From contig NC_002939.5 of assembly GCF_000007985.2 (NCBI RefSeq), forward strand, positions 1,020,001-1,052,000: 32,000 bases of DNA, read 5' to 3'. The translations under genes were made by a program, and so were the position numbers. Under the pieces are notes generated by a model, which saw nothing but the letters and a program-made list of their open reading frames with translations, searched no databases and was not told the DNA's origin. Of the stretch, positions 1-8,599 are shown piece after piece. How positions within the stretch are numbered: position 1 is the first letter of the stretch; every line of letters begins with the position of its first letter. This stretch comes from Geobacter sulfurreducens PCA (GTDB lineage: Bacteria > Desulfobacterota > Desulfuromonadia > Geobacterales > Geobacteraceae).

Positions 1-81
1 GGAGGCGTCGGTGAGCGCCCTGACCGCCGTTTCTCCCGTCCCGTAAATCTTTGTCAGGTTTTCCACTTCCACCGCGTACAT
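1..81 (-). CDS. ABC transporter ATP-binding protein, N-terminal 27 codons only (gene runs off the window)
   Basis: The reverse complement of 1-81 reads MYAVEVENLTKIYGTGETAVRALTDAS. This is the typical N-terminus of MacB/LolD-type ABC ATPases. It starts 17 nt after the stop of the upstream permease gene on the same strand. Confidence 0.6.
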   Translation of the reverse strand, partial: MYAVEVENLTKIYGTGETAVRALTDAS

Positions 82-98
82 GCAGATTCCTCCCGTTG

Positions 99-1298
99 TT
101 ACGAGCTCAGGGCGTCGGCGGCTTCCACCTTCAGCGCCTTGCGGATGCCCACCATGCTCGCTGCCACGCAGATTACCACCACGATGAGGAAGAGCATCCG
201 GAGGTCGGTCGCCAGCAGTTCCACCCGGCGCGGAAACTTTTCCTGGGTGAGGGTGATGAGGACGTAGCCGATGGCGTAGGCGATGACCCCCATCAGGATC
301 GACTGCTGGAGGATCAGGCCGACGATAACCCGGTTCTTGGCGCCGATCAGCTTGAGGGTGGCGATGGTCCTGATCTTGTCGAGGGTTGACGTGTAGATGA
401 TGAGCGAGATGATGACCCCCGAGATGACGAGCAGGATCGCCCGGAACAGCCCCAGCTGCATCTTGGCCTTCTTGATCATCCCTTCGGTGAGGATGGTTGT
501 CTGCTCCTCATCGGAGATGGCGCGCAGATGGTTCCAGCGATCGATCCCGGCGCGGACCCGCGCCGGTTCGGCTCCCGGCGCCAGGCGTGCCACCACGGTG
601 TTGACGATGTGGGTGGAGCCGGTGAGCTCTTCCGCCAGGGCAGATGCCTGTTCCGCCTGGACCGGCGGCAGCCCCTTCCGGGCCACCCGGTCCGCGATCC
701 GCACGCGATTATTGCGAATGGCGTTGTTGTCCTCCTTGAACTGGATCTTCTGGGCATCCTCCAGCGTTACCCAGGCCACCGGATCGCCGCTGGAGGAAAC
801 CATCTTCCGGGTAAGCCCCACCACGGTGTAGACGTCGCCGGCTATGGCGAGCCGCTCGCCCACCGCCAGCCCCATGGCCCGGTCGGCCACCAGCTCGTAG
901 TGCTTCTGACCGATCCCTCGCCCCTCCACGATGGCCGGCGGTCCGCCGAGCCCTCCCGGTTCGTATCCCACCAGAAAGAAGCGGAACGGCTCGCCGAAGC
1001 GCTCCAGCTGGATATTCTGGAAGGAGAGAGGGGATGCCTGGCTGACCCCCGGCACGGCCCTGATCCGGTACTTGAGGTCCTCGGGCATGCGGGAGGTGGC
1101 GGCAAAGGGGCCGCTGGTCCCCTGCTGCACCACCCAGACGTCGGCGCCGGTTGCCTCAAGGATGGCCAGTGCGTCAGCCACGAGGCCACGGTAGATCCCC
1201 CCCATGCTCATGACCACGGCCAGGAGCAGCCCCAGCCCCAGGCAGGTCTGGACGAAACGCCCCCGGTGGCAGCGGATGTCGCGGACCGCCAGGTTCAC
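99..1298 (-). CDS. ABC transporter permease, FtsX/MacB-like (DevC-type)
   Basis: 399-aa ORF with an N-terminal TM helix, a large periplasmic domain and a C-terminal FtsX-like 3-TM bundle (LKLIGAKNRVIVGLILQQS...). Its start overlaps the adaptor gene stop by 4 nt. Confidence 0.85.
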   Translation of the reverse strand: MNLAVRDIRCHRGRFVQTCLGLGLLLAVVMSMGGIYRGLVADALAILEATGADVWVVQQGTSGPFAATSRMPEDLKYRIRAVPGVSQASPLSFQNIQLERFGEPFRFFLVGYEPGGLGGPPAIVEGRGIGQKHYELVADRAMGLAVGERLAIAGDVYTVVGLTRKMVSSSGDPVAWVTLEDAQKIQFKEDNNAIRNNRVRIADRVARKGLPPVQAEQASALAEELTGSTHIVNTVVARLAPGAEPARVRAGIDRWNHLRAISDEEQTTILTEGMIKKAKMQLGLFRAILLVISGVIISLIIYTSTLDKIRTIATLKLIGAKNRVIVGLILQQSILMGVIAYAIGYVLITLTQEKFPRRVELLATDLRMLFLIVVVICVAASMVGIRKALKVEAADALSS

Positions 1299-2467
1299 GG
1301 CGACACCCTCACCTTCATGCCGTCACGGAATTTCTTCGCCTGGGCCGGCGTCGGCAGCACCACCGGCTCGGCCCCGGCCAGGCCCGACAGGATCTCGGTG
1401 ACGCCCTGGCGATCCTCGATGCCGACCTGCACCGGCTTGAAGCGGAGCCGACCTTCCGACACCGTCCAGACCCCGTGCTTCCCCCCGTGGCTCGTCAGGG
1501 CCGCGGCAGGCAGGGACGGCACGCCGCGTTTGGTGCCGACCGTGATCAGAACGTCGGACTGCTCTCCCAGGCGGAACGCGGGCGGCGGGGCGGCGAAGGC
1601 CACGTCCACCGCCAGTTCTTCAGTCACCCGGTCGCTCTCCATGCCGACCCGGGCCACCCGTCCCTGCATGGCACGCTCCGGCGCGGACCGGAGGGAGATC
1701 GCGGCCTCCCGGCCCACGGCCACGCCGGCAAGCTGCGATTCGTCCACATGGGCCCTGACCCAGACCACCGCCGGATCGGCAAGGGTGAAGATGCTCTGGC
1801 CGGGAGAGACCACGGCCCCCTTTTCCAGGTCGCGGGAGACGATGATCCCGTCGCGGGGGGCGCGGATAACGGTGTCGTCAAGCCGCGACCGGGCCACTCC
1901 CCGGGCAGCGCGTCCGGCCGCCGACTCCATGCGGGCCGCTTCCAGGGCCGCACTGCTCCGGGCTTCCTCCTCCCGTGCCAGGCGCCAGGCCGTTTCGTAC
2001 TGCTCGGCTTCCTGGCGCGACACCAGGTTCCGGTCGGCCAGATTCCGGTAGCGCGCAGCGTTACGCTCGGCCAGTTCCAGGTTTGCCCGCGCCTTTGCCA
2101 GGGTGGCCGCCTCTAGGCTCTGGCCGGCCGCCGCCCGGCTGACCCCTGCTTCGGCTTGACCCAGCTGCGCGGCATATTCGTCGCTTTCCAGGCGCGCCAG
2201 GATCTGGCCCCGGCGCACCCGGTCCCCCTGGTCAGCGTGGAGCGAAACGATCCTTCCGGTCACCTTGCTGGAAACCCCCACCACCTCCTTGGCCTCCACG
2301 GTCCCGTTGCCATAGACCCGGGCCGTCAGGTCCCGCCGTTCGACCCGTACCGTCGTGACCTTCGGCGGGGCCAGGATGGTGGCCTTGACGAGCACGACCA
2401 GCGCCGCGAGAAGTGCGGTCCGGACCAGGGCGGTCTTGTGTCTGCGCAGTGTGTGTATCAACGTCAT
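1295..2467 (-). CDS. HlyD-family efflux periplasmic adaptor (membrane fusion protein)
   Basis: 390-aa ORF with an N-terminal TM anchor, a long Ala/Glu/Arg-rich coiled-coil hairpin and a beta-barrel C-terminus. It is translationally coupled (ATGA-type overlaps) to the genes on both sides. Confidence 0.85.
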   Translation of the reverse strand: MTLIHTLRRHKTALVRTALLAALVVLVKATILAPPKVTTVRVERRDLTARVYGNGTVEAKEVVGVSSKVTGRIVSLHADQGDRVRRGQILARLESDEYAAQLGQAEAGVSRAAAGQSLEAATLAKARANLELAERNAARYRNLADRNLVSRQEAEQYETAWRLAREEEARSSAALEAARMESAAGRAARGVARSRLDDTVIRAPRDGIIVSRDLEKGAVVSPGQSIFTLADPAVVWVRAHVDESQLAGVAVGREAAISLRSAPERAMQGRVARVGMESDRVTEELAVDVAFAAPPPAFRLGEQSDVLITVGTKRGVPSLPAAALTSHGGKHGVWTVSEGRLRFKPVQVGIEDRQGVTEILSGLAGAEPVVLPTPAQAKKFRDGMKVRVSP

Positions 2468-3738
2468 TGTTCCGTTCCTCCGTCGTCGCCAACCGCCCGA
2501 TCGAGACGCGCCAAGGCTATGCGAGTATCACCCCTGGCGCGGATGTTGGCCGTTTCCGCTTCCAGCTCCCGGGCCTGGGCATCGGTCACCTCGATGATCG
2601 TGCCCACCCCCTCCCGGTAGCGTTCGATGGCCAGGGTCCGGCTCTCCCGGGCCGCTTCCAGCTCCCGGCCGGTCGACTCCACCCGGGCCAGGGCCTCCCG
2701 CATCCCCAGCCAGGCGCCTTCCACTTCACGCCCCACCTGGAGCTGCTGGTCCCGGCGCCGGGCCTCCACTTCCCGCAGCGCTGCCGCGACTTCCCGTTCC
2801 TTCTCCCTGGTGGCGAACCCCGCGAAGATCGGCACGGTAAGGCGCACGCCGACCCCCCAGGTGTTCCCCTCCGGCGGGAAGCTCCGGTCGGCGTATCCGG
2901 CGCCGGCCGTTGCCTCGATCACCGGCAGATGTCCGCCGCGGGCGGCCGTCGCTGCCCCTTGGGCCGCCGCGTGGAGCGCATCGTACCGCTTCAGTTCCAC
3001 CCTGCCTGCCGTGGCGCGGCGTTTCGCCTCCGCCAGATCGGGCAGGGAAGGGCTCTCCCCGTCCGGTTCAGCCAGGGGCCGGTCGGGGAGACTGTCGAGC
3101 CCCATGGCGGCGGCCAGATCCACCCGGGCCATGTCCCGTTCATTTTCGGCTGCCGTGAGGAGCGTTCGGGCCGCGTAGAGATCGGCCTCGGCCCGGACCA
3201 CGTCCAGCCGTGGCCTGACCCCTTCGCTGTAGAACGCCCGGGCCTGGCCCAGGACCTCCTCCCGCGCCCGGACGGTCTCCCTCAGCGCTTCGACCCGGCG
3301 CTCCGCCGTCAGGAGGACGTTGTAGACCTCTCGCACCCGGAGCGCCACGTCCTGCCGGACCGCTGCCAGGGATTCCCGGGCCGCGCCCCGCTCTCCCTCT
3401 GCCGCTGCCACGGTTCCCGAAGTGCGGCCGAAGTCGTGGAGCGTCTGGCGGAGCGTAAGGCCGGCCGTATAGGTCTCCGTCTCCTTGAACCCTTCGAGGG
3501 CGGTCAGGTAGGAGCGGCCCCGGTTCCAATCCGCCACCAGGTCCAGCCGCGGATAGTAGCCCGAGCGGGCCTGCCCCGCGCGCGCATCGGCCCCGCGTAG
3601 CGATTCCCGGGCCGCCATGGTTCTCGGGTGGTTCTCCATGGCCGTCACCAATGCCTCCCGGAGGGTAAGGGGCTCCGTTGCCGGGAGTCTCTGGGCCGAG
3701 AGCAGGAGAAGCGCCGCAGTCACGATCATCACTCGCAT
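2464..3738 (-). CDS. TolC-family outer membrane efflux protein
   Basis: 424-aa ORF with a signal peptide (MRVMIVTAALLLLSAQRL). It shows the duplicated alpha-helical/beta-barrel repeat composition typical of OEP/TolC proteins. An AGGAA SD lies upstream. Confidence 0.85.
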   Translation of the reverse strand: MRVMIVTAALLLLSAQRLPATEPLTLREALVTAMENHPRTMAARESLRGADARAGQARSGYYPRLDLVADWNRGRSYLTALEGFKETETYTAGLTLRQTLHDFGRTSGTVAAAEGERGAARESLAAVRQDVALRVREVYNVLLTAERRVEALRETVRAREEVLGQARAFYSEGVRPRLDVVRAEADLYAARTLLTAAENERDMARVDLAAAMGLDSLPDRPLAEPDGESPSLPDLAEAKRRATAGRVELKRYDALHAAAQGAATAARGGHLPVIEATAGAGYADRSFPPEGNTWGVGVRLTVPIFAGFATREKEREVAAALREVEARRRDQQLQVGREVEGAWLGMREALARVESTGRELEAARESRTLAIERYREGVGTIIEVTDAQARELEAETANIRARGDTRIALARLDRAVGDDGGTEQ

Positions 3739-3770
3739 GGCATGGTTCCTTATTCAGTAAAATGAATATT

Positions 3771-3790
3771 AAGTGAGCATTTGCTCACTT
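3771..3790. promoter_or_regulatory. Perfect 20-bp palindrome AAGTGAGCATTTGCTCACTT, candidate TetR operator upstream of the tolC-like gene
   Basis: The inverted repeat is read directly from the sequence. It lies in the 66-bp gap between the tetR stop (3805) and the tolC-like start (3738). A related copy sits at 4409-4424. Confidence 0.5.
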
Positions 3791-3804
3791 TTGGGGTAAA
3801 AAAA

Positions 3805-4395
3805 TTAGCGGAGCAGTTCCGCGAAATTGTCCCAGAGCCGCGCGGACTCGTCCCGGATATCAAAGGCGAAGCCGCTCATCGACCAGCGGATTGCGGTGAA
3901 GGAGATCATCCCCAGGAACGTCATGGCGGTCTCCCGGGGGGCAATCCCCTGACGGAATTCCCCTTCGGCAATGCCCGCGGCCACCACCCCCGCCAGGGTT
4001 TCCAGGTAGCTCCCGATCCAGATGGCCATTTTCTCCGCCAGTCGCCGGTCTCCCAGGTGAACCTCCTCGGAGAAAATGAAGCGGGGGATGCCCGGATTCT
4101 CGGCAATGAGGGCGAGATGGCCGGTGAAGATCTGGTGCAGTTTTTCCACGGGCCGCTGGCTTCCCGCTGCGATCGTCGCCGCCCGTCCGGCCAGTGCTGC
4201 GCCGATGAAATCGGTCAGGGCCAGGTTGATTTCCAGCTTGCCGCCGAAGTGACGATAGATGTTCGACTCGCTCATGCCCGCCGCCTCCGCGATGGCCGCG
4301 GTGGTCATGGCATTGGCGCCGCGCTCGCCGATGACCCGGAGCGAGGCCTGGACGATCTCTTCCTTGCGGATGCGGGTGCTTTTCTTGGGAATCAT
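3805..4395 (-). CDS. TetR/AcrR-family transcriptional regulator
   Basis: 196-aa ORF. The N-terminal HTH region (RKEEIVQASLRVIGERGANAMTTAAIAEAAGMSESNIYRHFGGK) matches the TetR_N signature. It is the first gene of the efflux operon. Confidence 0.9.
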   Translation of the reverse strand: MIPKKSTRIRKEEIVQASLRVIGERGANAMTTAAIAEAAGMSESNIYRHFGGKLEINLALTDFIGAALAGRAATIAAGSQRPVEKLHQIFTGHLALIAENPGIPRFIFSEEVHLGDRRLAEKMAIWIGSYLETLAGVVAAGIAEGEFRQGIAPRETAMTFLGMISFTAIRWSMSGFAFDIRDESARLWDNFAELLR

Positions 4396-4408
4396 GGAAC
4401 CGCCTTAT

Positions 4409-4424
4409 GCGAGTATGTGCTCAC
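4409..4424. promoter_or_regulatory. Second, imperfect copy of the operator (GCGAGTATGTGCTCAC) upstream of tetR
   Basis: 13 of 16 positions match GTGAGCATTTGCTCAC from 3773-3788. It lies 14 nt upstream of the tetR start codon, which suggests autoregulation. Confidence 0.35.
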
Positions 4425-4524
4425 GTTAGCGGATGTGGGGGGGGCGTGTCAATGGAGAAAATGGGTTGAACGCAGAGGTCTTCATGCTGGTGCAAGGGGG
4501 GAGGGTTAACTGGTTAACTCCGCT

Positions 4525-4554
4525 TTGTGCCTTCCGTTTTCGCTCAAGTATAGT
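4525..4554 (+). promoter_or_regulatory. Candidate sigma-70 promoter (TTGTGC-N18-TATAGT) for the diguanylate cyclase gene
   Basis: Hexamers read from the sequence about 60 nt upstream of the ATG at 4616. There is no experimental support. Confidence 0.3.
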
Positions 4555-4615
4555 GGAAATCGGACGATACGTATGAGAAGCAAGAAATGCCTAAAAATGA
4601 AGGGATGCGCACATC

Positions 4616-5908
4616 ATGTCGGCAGAAAAAGAACAGACTGTGGTGGAACGAGTAAAGAGCGCCGACTATTTCTTCCGATCCCTGGTTCTGGTCGCCGCCC
4701 TATCCATTGGGGCAATTTTGATGCTTTGCTGTTACGGCACGTACAAAATTTATTTAAACCATACCATCGCAACCGCCGAGGAAGATGCGGTGCAGGTGAG
4801 CGAGGCACTGCTGAAACATGAAGAAGTAAATATTATGGAGGGAGATAAGGAAAAGGGTTTTACCGTGACGATTTCCCCGGAAGAACTGCCTCACGTGGAC
4901 CAGCGGCTGCGGCAGTTCCTCCGCCCCTTCGGCATCGTGAAGATCAAGATCTACAACGAGAAGCGAACCATTGTCTACAGTACTGACAGCGCCATTATTG
5001 GAAAGCACGACAAGAATAACGTCCGCCTTGTCCGTGCCTTGCTCGGATTTGTCGATTCCAAGCTGGAGAAGTCAGAGGATGTGCTTGATATGGCCGAAGA
5101 GAAGGTGATTGAGGTTGATGTCGTTGAAACGTACGTTCCTATCATAGCCGATGACGGAAGGGTGATCGGCGCCTTCGAGATATACATGGATGTCTCCCGG
5201 TACACGAGCGATGTCCGCAATGTGGTGGTGTCCACGTTCGCAATCCTCCTGGTTGTATTGCTGTCCGTATTCGGGTGTTCCTTTTTCGTGATACGGCGGA
5301 TGACCGAACGCCTCAGGGAAGCAGAGGCGGAATTGAAGCGGATTGCGGTTACTGACCCCCTCACCGGTATTGCCAACCGGCGCCAGATCATTCACCGTGC
5401 CACCGAGGAGTTTGCTCGGCAGATGAGAAGGAAGCAGCAGCGGACCGCGGTTCCCAGCCTGGGGATTATCATGGCGGATGTGGACCATTTTAAGCAGATC
5501 AATGATACCTACGGTCACAGTGCCGGTGATGACGTCTTGAGGGAGATAGCCTCGCGGATCGGCTCCGTCCTTCGGCAGTATGATGCCGTGGGACGTTACG
5601 GCGGGGAGGAGTTCCTGGTCATCCTCTCCGAGACTGAGTTGGAAGAGACGTGGCATATTGCCGAGAGGATTCGACGCCGGGTGGCGGATGATCCGGTGGT
5701 CGTCGATAACCAGGTGATCCGGGTTTCCGCCAGTCTTGGCATCGCCACGGTCCTTGCCGGTGAGGCAGACTACCGGCCCGCGCTTGAGCGTGCCGATAAG
5801 GGGCTCTATCTGGCAAAGACTGCGGGGCGCAACCGGGTCATGTGTGCCGGCGACGAACAATGCCGCGGCGAACGATCCCGGCCCAAGCTGGAGGCCGTCA
5901 AAGGTTAG
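4616..5908 (+). CDS. Membrane-bound diguanylate cyclase (periplasmic sensor domain plus GGDEF domain)
   Basis: 430-aa ORF. Two TM segments flank a roughly 170-aa loop. The active-site motif is GGEEF (RYGGEEFLVIL), and an RxxD I-site (RQYD) lies 5 residues upstream of it. Confidence 0.9.
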   Translation: MSAEKEQTVVERVKSADYFFRSLVLVAALSIGAILMLCCYGTYKIYLNHTIATAEEDAVQVSEALLKHEEVNIMEGDKEKGFTVTISPEELPHVDQRLRQFLRPFGIVKIKIYNEKRTIVYSTDSAIIGKHDKNNVRLVRALLGFVDSKLEKSEDVLDMAEEKVIEVDVVETYVPIIADDGRVIGAFEIYMDVSRYTSDVRNVVVSTFAILLVVLLSVFGCSFFVIRRMTERLREAEAELKRIAVTDPLTGIANRRQIIHRATEEFARQMRRKQQRTAVPSLGIIMADVDHFKQINDTYGHSAGDDVLREIASRIGSVLRQYDAVGRYGGEEFLVILSETELEETWHIAERIRRRVADDPVVVDNQVIRVSASLGIATVLAGEADYRPALERADKGLYLAKTAGRNRVMCAGDEQCRGERSRPKLEAVKG

Positions 5909-6049
5909 GGTTATCTGTCTGTTGCTTTTAAGTTGTTGATTTATGCTGGAAGTAAGGGGGCGGGTGCAGGAAGGGACTGTCAGCAGATGGACATCATCCT
6001 GGGGTTCCACCAGGGGTCGAAGTTGCTTTGTTGGCTTACCCTTCGCTAC

Positions 6050-6175
6050 TCAACTAATCAACTCCGTACCCTTAGACGTCTCGGTGATTGTTTTATGCGT
6101 TATCTTATAGTTCCAGCCGAACACTTCGGTGGAAGCGACCAACAACAGCGTGGCCAGAATTAGTCTGAATATCAT
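6050..6175 (-). CDS. Possible 41-aa small hydrophobic-N-terminus protein (not in the supplied ORF track)
   Basis: My own translation gives MIFRLILATLLLVASTEVFGWNYKITHKTITETSKGTELIS. The ATG is 6 nt after the stop of the upstream lipoprotein gene, with a GAGGAG about 9 nt upstream. The evidence is coding potential only. Confidence 0.3.
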   Translation of the reverse strand: MIFRLILATLLLVASTEVFGWNYKITHKTITETSKGTELIS

Positions 6176-6181
6176 AACCAG

Positions 6182-6772
6182 TTACTCCTCTGGCAGTAAC
6201 ATATTGGCTGGCATGCCCATTTCTCTCATTTCGATGTTGCTTTCTCGGATTAGATTTCTCATTTTTCCCCTGTGCTCAACGGCGCAGCTCGGAAATGAGA
6301 CATGCCTTTTTCGCCTTTCCTTCATGCTCAATCTCTTCAACCTGAAGGTGGCCTTGTCGCCTTGCCAAATAACCTTATCCTTAGGCCAAACATTCTTGAG
6401 GCCGCTCCACGGATTGGGCGTAATCTGCTCATATCCCGCCTTGAAGATGATCACATCCATCTCTTCGATCATGGTGAGCACCAGCAGCCCCAGTCCCGGT
6501 ATGCTGAACTCGCCGTTCCCGTCGGTCAGGACCTCGCGGCTGTCGTAATAGGTGTGGCTCGCCCCGCCGGCGCCGGGATGCGCCTTGCTCCATTCGCCGA
6601 ATACTACTGCACCTTCGATCGGTTGGCCGGTTTTGGCATCGATTACCTTACCCTCGTACGGCCCGTCGATCCGCACGTAGTTGACGCAGCCGGTGCTGAC
6701 GAGGAATGCGGCGATGAGGATGAAGCAGTTGGTAACGCGTCGGGTTTGTTTCAGAAGTTGAGCAGCTTCCAT
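6182..6772 (-). CDS. Putative lipoprotein with a carboxypeptidase-regulatory-like (Ig-like beta-sandwich) segment
   Basis: I chose the internal ATG at 6772 (MEAAQLLKQTRRVTNCFILIAAFLVSTGC...) because it has an AAGGAG SD 8 nt upstream and a lipobox-like STGC. The segment YEGKVIDAKTGQPIEGAVVFGEW resembles CarboxypepD_reg domains. Confidence 0.6.
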   Translation of the reverse strand: MEAAQLLKQTRRVTNCFILIAAFLVSTGCVNYVRIDGPYEGKVIDAKTGQPIEGAVVFGEWSKAHPGAGGASHTYYDSREVLTDGNGEFSIPGLGLLVLTMIEEMDVIIFKAGYEQITPNPWSGLKNVWPKDKVIWQGDKATFRLKRLSMKERRKRHVSFPSCAVEHRGKMRNLIRESNIEMREMGMPANMLLPEE

Positions 6773-7023
6773 ATTCCATTCTCCTTGATGAAGTAGACTG
6801 GGTATCCGACCATCTTCTGTTCTCCGAGAATCGTTTCTTCCCGGAAGATGTGGCACTCGGCCCGATCGTTCGCCACATAGACAAGTTCAATCGGGGGGAG
6901 GTCTTCACTGAGCAGGGGGAGCCTGTCGCCGAGAGCGGTAACTGTATCCCGGTACGAATTACGGGGACACCACGAATTCTGTACGGATGGCCTACATGTC
7001 GTCCCACGAACATAAGGGCTCAA
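6751..7023 (-). pseudogene. Possible 5'-truncated gene remnant
   Basis: The frame is open for 90 codons. It has no ATG or SD until codon 70, and the track start is a TTG inside the repeat at 7013-7053. Only the C-terminal part (ELVYVANDRAECHIFREETILGEQKMVGYPVYFIKENGIWKLLNF) looks protein-like. Confidence 0.25.
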
Positions 7024-7094
7024 GGGACGTTGTTAATTTGTCGAATCCAGACGTAAGGGCTCAAGGGACGTTGTTAATTTGTCGAATCCAGACG
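7013..7094. repeat. Perfect 41-bp tandem duplication (TAAGGGCTCAAGGGACGTTGTTAATTTGTCGAATCCAGACG x2)
   Basis: Read directly: 7013-7053 is identical to 7054-7094. The second copy encodes the last codons and the stop of the Y1 transposase gene. Confidence 0.95.
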
Positions 7095-8054
7095 TGTATC
7101 GTGCTGAAATTCTGCTGTCGACTCGATTCGGGCAAGAACTTCCTCGCCGCGTCTTCTGGCTATTGCGACGCCTGATCTTGTCATACCCAACACTCTCCCA
7201 ACCTCTGCCCCGGTGTGGCCCTCTTCTACTGCGGTATAGCAAACGACCGCCCTCGCATCCAAAGTCCGCGGCAGACGAGACTTTGATGCTATGGCTTTCG
7301 GCGCGACTCCGTATTGGTCGGCAATGGTCGCAACAATCGATTCTATCGACATAGGACGTCGCAGTTGTTGGTGCAGGCATTCCTCGGTCTTCAGCTGTTC
7401 AACGAAATTTTCATCGCCAAGAATCCTTCTATCGCTGGCCGGACAGCCACCGCCGCTGGCTCCTGAACGCTTTCCGACAAGGTCCGGGCGCTCCCCCTGT
7501 AAAACACCATCGGCCATGAATTCGCGGTATGTGCGGCGTGATGCGGAGACTCCCGGCCCAAAATACCGCAGGACCTCGTTGATCCCCTGGCCCTCCAGAA
7601 CAATCTTCCCCATCAGCATTGCATGGCCGGACCACGGGAAGGTGTCCAGCGCGCCCAGATCGGCAACAATACCAGCACGCAAAGGATTCAGATGGATATA
7701 TCTCACCAGTTCCAGAAGGTACGAATCCTCATCGCACACGATCGACTTGTACCGATTCTGGAATAGATGCCCGGAGCGGTTGTGGCGCAGGTTGAACGAG
7801 ACGGCGTAGCCAGTAAGGAGCCTCCGCATGAAGGGGGCAAGCGGGGTCCGTGTTGGCCGGAGCAAAAGATGGAAATGGTTCGACATCAACGACCACGCCA
7901 GGCAGTCAACATCCATCTCCAGCAGAAGCTTCTGAAGCCGATTCCGGAAGTCCCACCGATCATCATCCGAGAGAAAGATGTCGCGGCGCTCTATGCCGCG
8001 AACGATCACGTGCTGCAAAAGATTAGGAATGTCAATTCGCGCTGATCGTGGCAT
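7074..8054 (-). CDS. Y1 (HUH) transposase of the IS200-like/REP-associated tyrosine transposase (RAYT) type, with a C-terminal HTH extension
   Basis: 326-aa ORF. It has an HUH motif (SNHFHLLL) and the catalytic-Tyr motif region RYIHLNPLRAG, typical of PF01797 transposases. The C-terminal roughly 90 aa resemble a DnaA-C-like HTH. Inverted repeats flank the gene. Confidence 0.8.
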   Translation of the reverse strand: MPRSARIDIPNLLQHVIVRGIERRDIFLSDDDRWDFRNRLQKLLLEMDVDCLAWSLMSNHFHLLLRPTRTPLAPFMRRLLTGYAVSFNLRHNRSGHLFQNRYKSIVCDEDSYLLELVRYIHLNPLRAGIVADLGALDTFPWSGHAMLMGKIVLEGQGINEVLRYFGPGVSASRRTYREFMADGVLQGERPDLVGKRSGASGGGCPASDRRILGDENFVEQLKTEECLHQQLRRPMSIESIVATIADQYGVAPKAIASKSRLPRTLDARAVVCYTAVEEGHTGAEVGRVLGMTRSGVAIARRRGEEVLARIESTAEFQHDTRLDSTN

Positions 8055-8088
8055 TGGTAATGAACTTTCAGATAGTTATATTGCTCTA

Positions 8089-8115
8089 TTCAACAAATCA
8101 ACAACGTCCCCTGAA
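8089..8115. repeat. Inverted partner (TTCAACAAATCAACAACGTCCCCTGAA) of the 7019-7045 and 7060-7086 cores
   Basis: By hand alignment, 23 of 27 positions are complementary to CTCAAGGGACGTTGTTAATTTGTCGAA. Together these repeats bracket the Y1 transposase gene. Confidence 0.7.
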
Positions 8116-8148
8116 TCTCCGGTCCACTATCCGTGTTGGGCATCGCTC

Positions 8149-8583
8149 CTACTCATGTGCTGATTCCCACCACTTTCTAACGAAGCGCCCACTCCGCCCG
8201 AAGAAGAGGATGGAGATATTTGATTTTTGGAGCTTTAATTCGATTTTTGTGAAAAACCAAACTGTCTGGTCTGAATAGGTTTCAACGTCAGATTTGCTAA
8301 CTACGACCTCGGGGGAACCAAAAGGCGACGTGCCGAGTCCTAAATATTCGGGAGAAGAATGTAGCTGAAGCATGTTATTGAAGCGAAGTGGCAACCGTCC
8401 GCCAATAAACATCGCTGATGTGAATCTTCTTCTTTTCTTCCATTCAATCTCTTTTCCGGGATACGCTTCCACTAACTGTCGCCAGCTCCCCAGCATCCCG
8501 CGAGAGATCAGTTTTGATAGCGGAATTGCTATCATGATCGCGACCACAAGAAATCCAGCAGCTAAAAGGATTGGGTTTTCCAT
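8149..8583 (-). CDS. Hypothetical membrane-anchored protein (144 aa)
   Basis: The ORF has an N-terminal TM helix (ILLAAGFLVVAIMIAIPL). I recognise no family. It lies between two attC-like repeats. Confidence 0.5.
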   Translation of the reverse strand: MENPILLAAGFLVVAIMIAIPLSKLISRGMLGSWRQLVEAYPGKEIEWKKRRRFTSAMFIGGRLPLRFNNMLQLHSSPEYLGLGTSPFGSPEVVVSKSDVETYSDQTVWFFTKIELKLQKSNISILFFGRSGRFVRKWWESAHE

Positions 8584-8599
8584 TTCTTATCTTTTCTTT

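Noticed and set aside
6771-6779. A third copy of the 9-mer ATATTCCAT (the IS4 target duplication) at the start codon of the lipoprotein gene.
   Set aside because: A single 9-mer match in 64 kb of two-strand sequence is within chance expectation. No IS end adjoins it. It may merely reflect a preferred ATGGAATAT-like start context.
8094-8141. Treating AATCAAC...GTTGGGC as a complete short attC site 3' of the 144-aa ORF.
   Set aside because: The terminal 7-mers pair at only 4 of 7 positions, and there is no room for an inner stem-loop. The left half is better explained as the RAYT-associated inverted repeat. Only the right half (8119-8141) is kept as an attC-like fragment.
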